Below, in pieces: positions 38,401 through 50,837 of a DNA stretch of 64,000 nucleotides (positions are counted from its first letter, which is position 1; each line of letters begins with the position of its first letter). Source of the stretch: Eledone cirrhosa. Lineage: Eukaryota. The notes below the pieces were generated by a model. That model saw only the letters and a program-made list of their open reading frames with translations, searched no databases and had not been told where the DNA came from. The position numbers and the translations under genes are program-made. The DNA is taken from assembly GCA_964016885.1 (NCBI GenBank), contig OZ024741.1:399466001-399530000 (forward strand), given 5' to 3'.

Positions 38401-38559
38401 CTCTCCGGACAACAATTGATTCCCTTCTTTAAGTATCACTTTAGAAGGAGAATCAGGGTGGAGAGAGAGGCACTGCACCCCAGTAAATTTACTGAAAGGT
38501 GGGTGAATGAAGCGAAAATGGCCCGAGTGATTGGGTCTTCTCTGTTTATAAGCCTGTAG
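35487..38559 (+). pseudogene. Tx1-like ORF2 (APE-RT-zinc finger), disrupted
   Basis: EDWNGILD, SYLDRFF, YSDHKLV, GPGYWKLNVS, KSPGIDGLP, NFRPITLL, IRQGCPLS, AYADDVTV and CPRCAQDIETVLHAIVHC. Several frameshifts and stops. Confidence 0.93.
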
Positions 38560-39043
38560 GTTGAAGAGGGGAGCAAAAGGAAGAAAGGAGCACTTGCACA
38601 ACACGCTCCTGAAGTTGAGGGTTGTTCTATCTACGGGGTATTAAACAACCCATTTGTGGCGCCTCCCCCCTATTGGGGATTTCGATTGTTTAAATTGTTT
38701 GTTTTTATATTTTTTACACGACTGTATGTAAAATCCCCGGCATGTCTTTGTATTGTCCCCTTTTCTTGTTGCGCCGTTGTGACTAATAAAGAAATCTATC
38801 TATCTATATAAATCTAGCTGTCGTCTGTTCTACAGCGTAGATGTAATTCACTTCGCGCAGAAGTTTTGTTCAAATTTATTGCGGAAATTTTGTAAGTTCA
38901 ATTTTAATTTTGATACTATTGTGTAGCTTGACCCCCCGTCTGAACTGTCAGGCGGTAGGTCAGCTCATCTTTGCCCCTCCCAGGGGTGAAAAACCTGTTT
39001 TTAAAAATTTTGTGGCATAAAAAATTTCAATCGTCTGACAGAA

Positions 39044-40950
39044 ATGTTAAACGAAGCTAACGAAAATAGTGGTGGGGGGGCAGCGGTAAGAGTTGTAAGC
39101 TCGCACGCTTTAGTCCCCCCTTCCTTCCCAACTAACGTCATAGAGAAGGAAAGAAAAAATGAAATAAAAACAGACGAATCTGCGGAGAAAAATGACGAAA
39201 ACACAAATCTGGACATTGATTCCAACAACGAAAAAAAAAATTTGAAAAATTGCATGACAATATTAATACCACAAACAAAGACACGACAAACACAAAAATA
39301 ACATTTGAAAACAACATCATAACAGAAAGCAAAGCAGACGACAAAGTCAACACCAATAATATTTCATTTGCACAAACAACAAAGAAATCTTTGACATATA
39401 TACCTGAACATATTTCAGATGTGGCACAAAGAATTACAGACGCCAAACAATACATAACTGAAGGGGAAAATGGTATTTTATCGGTAAAAATGCCTCAAGA
39501 ACTCACCAAAGACATTGAAAGTCGGACGATCGTTTTCCGCACCATCAACAACATTTCTAAAAAACCTCAACAGCCAACACAAACAGAAATCAAAGCAGTA
39601 CTTACAGAAGTACTTAATGAAACCACTTTCATAAGAAGAGACAGACTGTATGGAAGCCTAGCGATTATTATGAAGAACGAATCGGCGGCAAAAAAATGTG
39701 CTTTGTCACCGATTCGTTCGACAAATTTTACCTTTTATCCATCATATATGGGTAAAAGAACTCAGCGCATATGGCTGGATGCAATGATGCCAGATGTGGA
39801 CTACTGCTGGCTCATAGCTGGCTTCATCGATCCAGTGAATGACAACGTGATTTCCATTGGGAAAACCACAGGCAATGCGTTCAGTGGAACAGGTATAGAA
39901 CTTGTAGTGCAAATGAAGCCTGAACGCATCGCCCAAATACGCGACAGAATCCTATTATAGGGCCACGGGTATATAAACATTAGCGTGGAGGAGAGAAGGC
40001 CGTCCTGTCATATCTGTGCAGGCAGAGGGCACCTGAAGGCGGCTTGTCCCCAACTCAACAAAAAGAAAACCCTGCTACCAACACCAGCTCCACCACCACC
40101 ACAACAGATAAACAAACAACAAAACTCAGTCCCACCCAACTCGTCCCTCAGTAAAACTACACCACCACCACAACACAAACAGTCACAACACATTACCCAA
40201 AAACAAAATACAGTCCCACCCAACCCCTCACTCAATAAAAACACACAACCACCGCAGCCACAACACACAACACAGTCTAACATAGTGACATCCATCTTCC
40301 CCACAAAGAAAACCAACACGGAAACATTACCAGCAAACATACCTCTTCCCTCCAACACTGAAGATAACCCAACGAATTCGGAGGAAGAAACGGAGTCCTT
40401 CAGACAGATTAAAAGGAAAAGAAGAAAACATGTGCAAAACACACAAGGCCAAACAACCCCTACCCAAATGTCAACACAATCCAACAAAACACAAAACACC
40501 CCTCCAGCAACAAACAAAACAAAACCTGCCCCTCCCCTCTTCGAAACACTCACACCATCCGAAAAAAAGACATTACACTATACTTACATCAACAGAAACA
40601 ATAATAAATTAAATGAACTCATAAACAATAATCCTTCAGTACAAACCGAAGGTGTAAACTTTGTTTCTTCAGAAAACTACCTACATTTAAAATTAATAAA
40701 GATCCCAATGAACCTCTACCAAAAACTAAAAAAGGATTTTAAGGAGGACGTAGGACCACCCTCTGTCAAACCCATAAACCGCGTCCTACTAAAAATCTTT
40801 CCCCCTCCCATTCCCCTCCCCAACACAACTCCAAACACCCCAACCCCACCACACACTGACGACCCCACACCACCACAAGACACCCCTTCACCCAACACCC
40901 CCGACCCCATGGAAGTCGTGCGACCCGAACCCCGGGAAGCAAAAAGGTAG
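39044..40950 (+). pseudogene. Tx1-like ORF1 of family B
   Basis: ATG at 39044, frameshift near the A-run at ~39240, in-frame stop at 39958, CCHC knuckle and Pro/Thr/Gln-rich C-terminus. Homologous to family A ORF1 (YMGKRTQ, WLIAGF, QMKPERI). Confidence 0.82.
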
Positions 40951-40983
40951 GTCTCTACACTCTCCTTTGGCTTTGCCGCCCAC

Positions 40984-43900
40984 ATGGATGTGTTAAGAGT
41001 AGGATGTTTGAATGCACGTGGCCTGGGCTCAACTTGGAAGCAAGCAAAGCTTCTAAATGACCTCAGGTCACGACGTGGTATAAATGCAATGGTTATCTGT
41101 GAGACTCGGATCAGCGTCGTGCGGCAGCTGGCCCCTACCTTCGATGACTTTGAGGTGCATGCATCTCTCTGTCAACCTGGAGGTGGGGGTGGGGTTGTCG
41201 TACTGCTGGAAAAACACCTGGGTCTCGCCGTAGAGGTTGTTCACTTGGACCCGGAGGGTCGTTTGTTGGTGCTAGACGTTGGCAGTAGTGAAGGTGCGGC
41301 CTTGAGACTGGTCGCCGTCTACTCCCCTTTCGGAGCTGAACGGCCCGACTTCTTCCAGCGTTTGGAGACTTTTCTGGGAACGTCGCGTTCCCTGCTTCTA
41401 GCGGGGGATTGGAATGACATCCTAGATGCACGTTTGGACTATGCAGGAGCATGTCCTAATAGAGGGGGTGTAACAGCCTCAAGGGGTTACTCGACCGTTT
41501 TAACTTGGTCGATAGATATCGACTAGATTTTCCAACTGTGCCAACCTGGACTTGGACGAACCACAGTGGTCAATCTAGATCGTACTTAGATAGATTCTTA
41601 GTTAGAAGTAAGGATAGGGACATATTAAGCTGTCCAGAAATGCTCACGGTTGGCTATACGGATCACAAATTAGTGACCTGCGTAGTCAATCTCGAGAAAA
41701 CACATAAACAGGGTCCCGGTTACTGGAAACTTAATTTGTCTTTACCGGCAAAAGAGACTTACAGAAACCGGATTAGCAGATTAGTTAAGGAGAGGCTGAC
41801 GGGTGCAATCGTCAACAACCGATGGTGGGCATCTCTCAAAAGAGAGATTAGAACAGAATCAATAAGTTATAGCAAGATGTTAGCTGCCGATAGGAATAGA
41901 AACGAGAAAGAATTAACAGGTAAATTAGAAGAGGCAATCAAGAGCGAAGATGTGGCCAGAGTGCTGGCATCGAGGACGGCCTTGAACCAGTTTTTCGATG
42001 CAAAGCACGAAGGCTGCGTCATTCGAAGTAAAATACGTGCTCTAGGTAATGAGGGGGCCAAAGCCGTTGGCTGGGCCCGCGTGACAGAAGCTAAGAGTGG
42101 AAATCGATCCACAATCCGGTCTTTGCAAGACGAGGATGGATGGGTGATCCGGGAGCCTAAGCAGAAGTGCGAGGCCTTTCAAAGGCACTTTGCCCGATTA
42201 TTCGGAGGAGGCGAGGGTCCAGGCGGGGACGTGGTCCATACCTCGACGGCCTGCCGCGTCTCTCGAGCGAAGAGGCAGAGTCCTGCGAGGGACCAATCTC
42301 GGCTGATGAGATCGGGGATGCGCTGAGCCAATGCAGCAGACGCAAATCTCCAGGTCTCGATGGTATACCTTACGAACTTTATTTAGCAATGCCGGTCTTC
42401 TTCTCCGAACTCCTCGAAGCGGTCTACTGCAATTGGCAGCAGAACGGGAAAATTCCTTGTTCTGTAGCCAAGGGCGTAGTCTCGCTGGTGAGGAAGGACG
42501 AGAACAAGGGGGATAGTATAAATAATTTTCGGCCCATAACCCTGCTAAACACAGAGTTAAAGATTTTGGCCAAGGTGTTAGCAAAGAGGTTGGCACTTGT
42601 CGTGGGTGGCCTGGTGGGAGATGCGCAGACATGTGCTATCCCATCCAGGTCCATTCACGATAACCTCCACCTTATTCGATACATCAAAGAAAGGGTTGGC
42701 AACAAACCCGGCTTCGGTGGGGCCCTGATCAACTTGGATCAGTCTAAGGCCTTCGATAGGGTCGACCATGGTTACCTGGATGCGGTGCTAGCGGCGGCTG
42801 GGTTCGGTCCTGTTTTCAGAGGCTGGATCACTGCCTTACATAGCAACCACATCTGTTCTAGGATCAAGGTGAACGGCTACCTTTCGAAGCCGTTTGAAAT
42901 CACACGATTCATTCGACAGGGGTGCCCTCTCTCCTCCCTTCTGTACGTATTGACTCTCGAGCCTCTACTGAGGAAGTTGGAGTTGTTGCAGGGTATCCCC
43001 CTGGAACCAGGATTGAGCAAAGCGGTGTCGGCGTACGCCGATGACGTAACAGTAATGGTATCGACCGACTCGGAGATCGAGGCAATCGGTTCCTTACTGG
43101 AGGATTACGAAAGGTTGTCAGGAGCGAAACTGAACCGGGAAAAATCCATCGGGCTGCAACTCGGAACGTGGAGAGGCAGACCGATGCCTCCCGACGGTGT
43201 CGTCGGACACTGGACGGAGGGCCCGGTGAAGTTGCTTGGGGTCTGGTTTGGACCGGACCTCCAGGTGGAAAAGAACTGGGGTGAGGTTACGAACAAGGTG
43301 TTTGCACTAACCCAGAAATGGGCCAAGTGTAAGCTGTCCCTAAAAGGTCGGGCGGAGGTGGCGAACATTTACATAGCGTCCGTCACTTACTACCGCCTGA
43401 CTGTCGTGCCTTGCCCTAAGGAAACACTCACCACCATGGAACGCATGCTCTTCTAATTTCTTTGGAAGAAGCGCCCTCCTATGGTGAGAAGATCCATCTG
43501 CTGCCAACAACCTTCGAAAGGAGGGCTGGGGATGCCGTGGTTGATGATGCGTAGGCACGCATTAAGGCTACGGCACCTACAGGTATTCCACAGTGGTCAA
43601 CCGGTGTGGGCTCCATTCGTGAAACGAGCCTTTCCGAGACTCGTCTCGCTCACCGAGCTGCAGTCCTGGGTCAAGCAAAGATCCGGAAAACTGGGAGACT
43701 GGCACACCGAGTGTGCCCAGGCGCTCAGGGCTCTCTGACAAGCGGGCCAGGCCATTGGTGGAGAATCCACCTCATCATTCTATATAGGGCTGGTGGCTAG
43801 CAGGGGCGATGACACCCTTGGAGAGTCGCTGGACATGGAAGAGGACGAACTGGCCAGCCTGTTCGGTAGGACTTTCGGCCCGGGACCAATGGACAACTTC

Positions 43901-44416
43901 CAGAAGTCACTAGCCTGGCAGTGCTACCGGGGAGCTCTACCCGTTCGAGAGAGGCTCTACAGACACGGGCGCCCGGGCAGGGATCCCTCGAAAAAGATTT
44001 GCCCTAGATGCGTGCGTCACGAAGAAACCGTCGCGCACACATTGGTGCAATGTCCGGGCGTGGTTGATCTGTGGGGCTACGCCGAACGACTGCTGCCGCG
44101 GGTGGCGCCGATTCGATTGACCGCCGAGTCCGTGGTGACAATCAAGCCACCTCCCCTCTTCACAAAGGAAGCAAAGGCGGTTTTTCTGTGCGTAATAGCC
44201 ATGTTGAAAGAGGTTGTTTGGTGGACACGATTGAAAGGTCTGAGGTCAGGCAACTTCCTCTCTGGCCATAGTCTGGTCTACTTCTTCCGATATTACTTCG
44301 GAAGAAGGATAAGAATGGAGAGAGAGGTGCTTGGCCACAGGCAGTTTTATGAAAGGTGAGTGATAGTGGCGAGAATGGCTCCAGTAAATGGGCTTTCTCT
44401 GTATACCATCCTGTAG
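40984..44416 (+). pseudogene. Tx1-like ORF2 of family B (APE-RT-zinc finger)
   Basis: CLNARGL, ICETRI, AGDWNDILD, YTDHKLV, LDQSKAFDRVDH, RQGCPLS, AYADDVTV and CPRCVRHEETVAHTLVQC. Frameshifts at ~41465 and ~42225; stops at 43454, 43736 and 44357. Confidence 0.94.
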
Positions 44417-44884
44417 GTAAAGAAGTGAAGGAGAGGGGAGCACCTTCTCCATGTGCTCCCCGGGCAAAGGATTGCACACTTTTTCGGGGGTGTGTGCAAC
44501 CCCCATCACGTCCCCTCCCTTTTGAGGTTGTTTTCGATTATTTTCATTTTATACCCTTTTTACTCGATTTTATGTAAACTCCCCCTTTGTATTTGTCCCT
44601 TCTTTTTATGCCTTTATGGTAAATACAGAAATATATATATCTATCTATCTATCTATCTATCTACCTATCTCTCTATCTGCCTGACGCGTGGAACATCGCC
44701 AGTAAGATTTTTTTTTAATTTATATACGAAAAACAGAACAATTGTTTGAAAAAACATATTATTATGTAGATTAACCCCCAAGCTGAATTGTCAGCTGGGT
44801 GGTAATCCTATTTTTCGCCCCTTTAGGGGCGAATATTTAATTAAAAAATTGTTTTATAAAATCAAATTTTGCCAACTATAAAAC

Positions 44885-46808
44885 ATGAATAACTCGAAAA
44901 GAACGCTAGAAAACTTCAACAAAGAAAAGAGAGGGAAAGAAGCAGATATTAACGTTATATCTGCTTCTGCTACTATGGACGTCGCCATAGATACGACTGT
45001 CAACAAAGAGAAAAAATACCACTTGAAGATTTTAAAATGTCTACCGTCGAAGCGGAGAAAAATAACAACAACACACAGGAAAACACAGGAATTAAACCTA
45101 TTAACATACATACACATGAAAAAGACAACATCAACAACTCCACAGATACATCTACACATAAAGTTTCACCACGTCAAGGAACTAAGATTTCCAACACCGA
45201 TGCTAACAACGATAACAACAACAATAACAACAACAACAGCAACACCACACACAAAAAAAAATGTCTTTCGCTGAAACAGTGAACAAAAAACAAGATTTTA
45301 TAAATCTTGACATCTCCAATGCAAGAGATATGCTCCAACAAGGGAGAAAATTTGTAACTTTCGAAGACAAGGGTGGGTTTAGAATTAATTCACTCCTCGA
45401 AATAAAAGAAGATACAGTTCGAAGAACAGTTTTCTTTAGGACTGTATCCAATACCACGAGAAATAAGATATTTGTTAGGCAAGCAGATATAGAAGCTACC
45501 TTCAAGAAAATTCTAGCAAATATCGACTTTCTCCAACGAGGAAAACAGTACGGAAATGTTTCCGTACTGTTTAAAAGCGAGGCACTCGCCCCAAAACATT
45601 CTGTGACACCAATGGTATCAAAAGCATTCACCTTTCTCCCTACATACATTGGGAAAAGGACACAAAAAATAAAAATAAAAAGTATACGTCCAATCATTAA
45701 CATCTGGTGGATCTTGGCTGGCTTCGTAGAGCCAGAGACTGATATGATTCTTTCGATACGAAAGTCTATTAGACAAAGGTGGGCGGGTACTGATTAGGAG
45801 ATTCTGATTCAAATGAGGCCGGAGAGAATCTCCAAAATACCCGAAAGAGTCGTCATCGACGACAACAACAAAATAAACATTTCGGTAGAAGGACGAACAT
45901 TTCATTGCTTTCGCTGTGGTAGCACAGCACACCTAAAAGCCTCCTGTCCTTCACAAACATACCACAACAACATCATTAAAAAAACACTGTTACCAACACC
46001 AACACCAAAACAACCACCACCACCACAAGTACAACAACAGACGAAACGACCAACCACACCAGAACAAACAGCCACTCAACCAACAGCAACAGAAAAAAAC
46101 AGAGACAACACTCTTGAAGAACACAACCCCACCCCATCCCACTCCATCAAACACTACCACAAACACACACACCGCAACACCACCACCACACAACATACCC
46201 CTACCCCACACTCCTGACGATGATTAATCATAGACGGATGAGGCTGCTTCTCCTTCTTTAAGTGAAGAAGAGGGAGAGCCGTGGAAATCTTGAAATAAAA
46301 AAAAGACACCACAAAACCCTCAAAACTCCAATCACCAACACCAACACACAACCACCGACACAAACAACAACACAAACAACACCACAGTCAAACATCCCCC
46401 TACCAGCAAAACCAACACCAACACCACCCCAAACACAAGCACCCACCATAAAAAGAAAACTCCCGGACGAACAACAAACTACTAAAACAACACAACAAAA
46501 ACACAAACAACAATACGCATACATCAACACAAACAACAAGAGTTTGATGGAGGTCATCTCCCAAAACCCCAAGGTGGAGACGGAGGGCAGAATTTTCAGC
46601 AAAGCAGAATCGTCTCCACACCTTAAACTTATAAGGGTTTCTATGGGAACCTAAAATGACCTGAAAAATAAATTTTCACAGGACGTGGGCCACCCCTGCC
46701 AGAAACCCATCAACCGCGTCCTGTTAAAAGATTCCCATCCCACCCAACACCCCATCCAGCACCCAAATGGAGATTGAACAATCCGATTTCGAGGAAACGA
46801 AAAGGCAA
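44885..46808 (+). pseudogene. Tx1-like ORF1, family A copy 2
   Basis: ATG at 44885 and intact knuckle CFRCGSTAHLKASC, with multiple frameshifts and stops. Confidence 0.8.
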
Positions 46809-46849
46809 GTGCACCTTTCGTCCTTTTTCTCCAACTCCTCTTCACCAAC

Positions 46850-49838
46850 ATGGCTAGTTTACGAGTTGGAAGCGTGAATGTGCGTGGCCTAGAGATGCCC
46901 TGGAAACAGGCCCAACTTTTAAACGACCTTAGGTCACAAGGTATGGATGTGATAGCCATCACCGAGTCCAGGATCTCGACTGGATTTCCCGACTGCACGA
47001 CAGTGGACGTGGACAAACCGCAGTGGGACATCTAGATCGTATTTAGATAGGTTTTTCATTAGAGAAACGGACAAGGAAATGTTAAGCTGTCCACGAATGC
47101 ACATGGTTGCCTATTCAGATCACAAATTAGTCGTCTGCTTAGTCAACCGTGATAGAACACATAGACAAGGACCCGGATACTGGAAGCTGAACGTGTCGTT
47201 GCCGACACGTAGAGCTTACAGTGAACGGATAAGTAGACTAGTCAAGCAACAGTTAACGGGAGCCATCGCCAACAATAAATAGTGGTAGTCTCTCAAGAAA
47301 GCAATTAGAATAGAATCGATAGGGTTTATCAGAGAGTTAGCCTTAAAAAAAAACAAAATAGAAAGAAAACTAGTAGTCAAGATAGAGGAGGCACTTTGAA
47401 GTGGCAACGCGGCTAGAGTGTTAGCGTCGAGAACGGCACTGGACCAGTTCTTCGATGTGAAACACGAAGGCTGCGTGGTCAGAAGCAAAACACGTGCTCT
47501 AGGAAACGAAGGAGCGAAAGCTGTCAGCTGGGCCCGAGTGGCGGAGGCAAAAAGTGGCAACAAGTCCACGATTCGGTCTTTGAAAGACCAAAACGGACGC
47601 GTGCTACTTGACTCCAAGCAAATGTGCACGGCCTTTCGGCAGCACTTTGCGCGACTGTTTGAGCAGAACGACGATGAGCCGAACGGGGCAATGGACTTTA
47701 GTTCATACCTCGACGGCCTGCCGCGTCTCTCGAACACGGACGTCCGAGTTTTGTGAAAGACCGATCATGGACACTGAGATACGGGACGCTCTGGGGCGCT
47801 GCGGGAAACACAAGTTACCCGGTCTAGATGGTCTACCCTACGAGTTTTACATAGGCATGACGGACTTGTTCTCTGGCGTACTCGAAGCCGTCTACTGCAA
47901 TTGGCAGCAGAACGGGAGAATTCCCAGTTCTGCAGGCAAGGGCGTAGTAACGCTGATCAGGAAAGACGAGAACGAGGGGGCCGAAAGTAACAACTTCAAG
48001 CCCATAACTCTGTTCCACACAGAGTTTAAGATTTTGGCCAAGGTGCTAGCGACGAGGTTGGCGCTTGTCGTCGAGAACCTGGTAGGGAAAGCGCAAACGT
48101 GTGCAGTCCCGACCATGTCCATACACGACAACCTCCACCTCATGCGATACACCATAGAGAGGGTGGGTAGTAAACCCGGCTTCGGTGGGGCTCTGATCAA
48201 TTTGAATCAGTCTAAGGCATTCGATAGGGTCGACCATCGATACTTGGAAGTGGTTCTCAAGGCGGCCGGTTTCGGTCCCGTTTTCAGAGGCTCGATCGAG
48301 GCGATGCACAGCAGCATCCGCCCGAGGGTCAGGGTGAACGGCTACCTATCGGAGCCGTTCGCAATCTCGCGTTCCATCTGACAGGGTTGCCCTCTCTACT
48401 CGATTCTGTATGTATTTACTCTAGAGCCACTACTGTGGAAATTGGAGCTGTTGCAGGGCATCCCTCTAGAACCGGGACTTCGCAAAGCGGCGTTGGCGTG
48501 ACGGTAATGGTTTCGAACACCTCGGAAATCGGGGTGATCGGCAACTTACTGAAAGAATACGAAACCCTGACGGGAGCAAAACCAAACCCGGACAAGTCTG
48601 TCGGTTTGCAACTCGGTACGTGGCGAAGCACACCGATCACGTCCGACAGCGTCTTTGGACGCTGGACGGACGGACTGGTGAAATTGCTCGGGGTCTGGTT
48701 TTGTCCAGACCTCGAGGTGGAGAAAAACTGGAACGAGGTCACGGCCAAGGTGTTTGTACTCACCCAGAAGTGGGCAGAGTGCAAACTGTCCTTGAAAGGT
48801 CGAGCGGAGGTGGCGAAATCTTTCATAGCGTCCGTCATCTACTACCGCTTGACTGTCGTGCCTTGTCCCCGTGAACACCTCGCCAAGATGGAACGCATGC
48901 TCTTCCAGTTTCTGTGGAAGAAGCAGGCTCCGTTGGTGAGGAGATCCGTCTGCTGTCAGCACCCTTCCAACGGAGGGCTGGGAATACCGTGGCTGATGAT
49001 GTGCAAACATGCGCTGAGGCTGCGGCATCTCCAGGTATTCCTCACCGACCCCCAACCGGTGTGAGCACCGTTTGTGAGACAGGCTTTCCCTCAGCTCCTC
49101 TCGCTGACGGAGCTGCAGTCCTGGGTCAAGAAAAGACCGAAAACGATGGGCGCCTGGCACATTGAATGCGCTCCTGCGCTCACAGTCCTCTGGCAAGCGG
49201 GCGCAGCAATCAGTGGAGACTCCACTTCAACATTCTACAGAGGGATTGTACATTACAAGGGCGACGACGTGCTCGGAGAGACTCTGGGCGTCGACGACGA
49301 TGAGCTCACCAGTCTGTTTGGTAGGACTTTCCACCCGGGACCTATGGACAACTTTCAGAGGTCCCTGGCCTGGCAGTGCTGCCGAGGAGCTCTACCGGTT
49401 CGTGACAAGATCTACAGGCACGGACGCCCCGGCAGGGATCCTTCCAAGAGGACGTGTCCAAGATGCGCGCAGGACGTTGAAACAGTCATGCACGCAATTG
49501 TACACTGCCCGGGCGTAACCGACCTGTGGAACTATGCAGAACAACTGCTGTCGCATATGGGACAAATCCAGTTGACTTCCGAGTCCATAGTAAGGATCAA
49601 ACCGCCAGCCTCATTCAAAAACGAAAGAGAGGCGGTTTTCCTCTGTACAGTGGCTATGGTGAAAGAGGTTATATGGTGGACCAGATTGAGAGGACTGAAG
49701 ACAGATGCCTTTCTCTCCGCACAACAATTGATTCCCTTCTTTAAGTATCACTTTAGAAGGAGAATAAGGGTGGAGAGAGAGGCACTGCACCCCAGTAAAT
49801 TTACTGAAAGGTGGGTGAATGAAGCGAAAATGGCCTGA
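46850..49838 (+). pseudogene. Tx1-like ORF2, family A copy 2 (APE internally deleted, YADD deleted)
   Basis: MASLRVGSVNVRGL...ITESRI is followed by a deletion. RT motifs are present but TATGCCGACGAC is missing at ~48496. Zinc finger CPRCAQDVETVMHAIVHC. Confidence 0.92.
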
Positions 49839-50111
49839 GTGATTGGGCCTTCTCTGTTTATAAGCTTGTCGGTTAAAGAAGAGAGCAAAAGGAAGAAGGA
49901 GCACTTGCACAACACGTTCCTGAAGTTGAGGATTGTTCTATCGACGGGGTATTAAACAACCCATTTGTGGCGTCTCCCCCATATTGGGGATTTCGATTGT
50001 TGTAATTTTTTGTTTTATATTTTTACACGACTGAATGTAAAATTCCCGGCATGTCTTTGTATTGTCCCCTTTTCTTGTTGCGCCCTTGTGGCAAATAAAG
50101 AAATCTATCTA

Positions 50112-50210
<99 letters not shown>

Positions 50211-50424
50211 AATATAATCTGAGTTTTTCGGATATTGATAATATTAATATTCGAAAACCTCAGATTACATTTATTGTGTTCAGCCATGTTAAGCGATAAA
50301 CTATACACTGTTATGTGGGCACATGCAAACAGCAATGCATACAACTGAACATGGACATGTATGGATCGTGATGGTGTGTCGTAGAGGTGACAACACGTTT
50401 TTTATATATGTATATATATATATC

Positions 50425-50673
50425 AATGATATTAATAAATGGAAACTATATTTATAAAACCATATTTATTCTATTATATATATTTCAAGGGTACCAAAAT
50501 GTTGCTACGCTATCATCAGATAAATTACAAATTTTTATTTTATAAATATTGACATATCCAGGAACGAGATCTTAACGGCTCAAGTTTTTCCTGGATAGTT
50601 TAGGTACCCTTGAACTATATATAATAGAATAAATATGGTTTTATAAATATAGTTTCCATTTATTAATATCATT
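50425..50673. mobile_element. Fold-back element (~70-bp arms) with decayed hammerhead-like motif on the minus strand
   Basis: 50425-50495 is inverted at 50603-50673. Minus strand reads CTGATGA (50519-50513)...GAAATATATA...AATAAA then (TA)n. Confidence 0.6.
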
Positions 50674-50764
50674 TATATTATACTCCAGAAAATTGTCGAG
50701 TGCTTCGAATCAGTTATAAATATATATATTTGTTGAATTACCAACAAATGAAATATCCCTTTTG

Positions 50765-50828
<64 letters not shown>

Positions 50829-50837
<9 letters not shown>

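Larger units (their letters stand above)
33948..38794 (+). mobile_element. Tx1/L1-type non-LTR retrotransposon, family A copy 1 (decayed, internal deletion)
   Basis: ORF1 with zinc knuckle, partial APE, RT with YADD and C-terminal CCHC-type finger. Ends AATAAAGAAA and is flanked by (TCTA)n. Colinear with 44676-50103. Confidence 0.92.
38812..44631 (+). mobile_element. Tx1/L1-type non-LTR retrotransposon, family B, full-length but decayed
   Basis: 5'UTR, ORF1 (CHICAGRGHLKAAC), ORF2 with complete APE N-terminus, RT and zinc finger, and a 3'UTR ending AAATACAGAAA followed by (TA)n(TCTA)n. Confidence 0.93.
44676..50103 (+). mobile_element. Tx1/L1-type non-LTR retrotransposon, family A copy 2 (decayed)
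   Basis: Same 5' start (CTGACGCGTGGAACATCGCC) and 3' end as copy 1, with (TCTA)n on both sides. Confidence 0.92.

Noticed and set aside
34106-49910. Numerous antisense and alternate-frame ORFs over the Tx1 elements
   Set aside because: They are shadows of the retrotransposon ORFs with no independent motifs.
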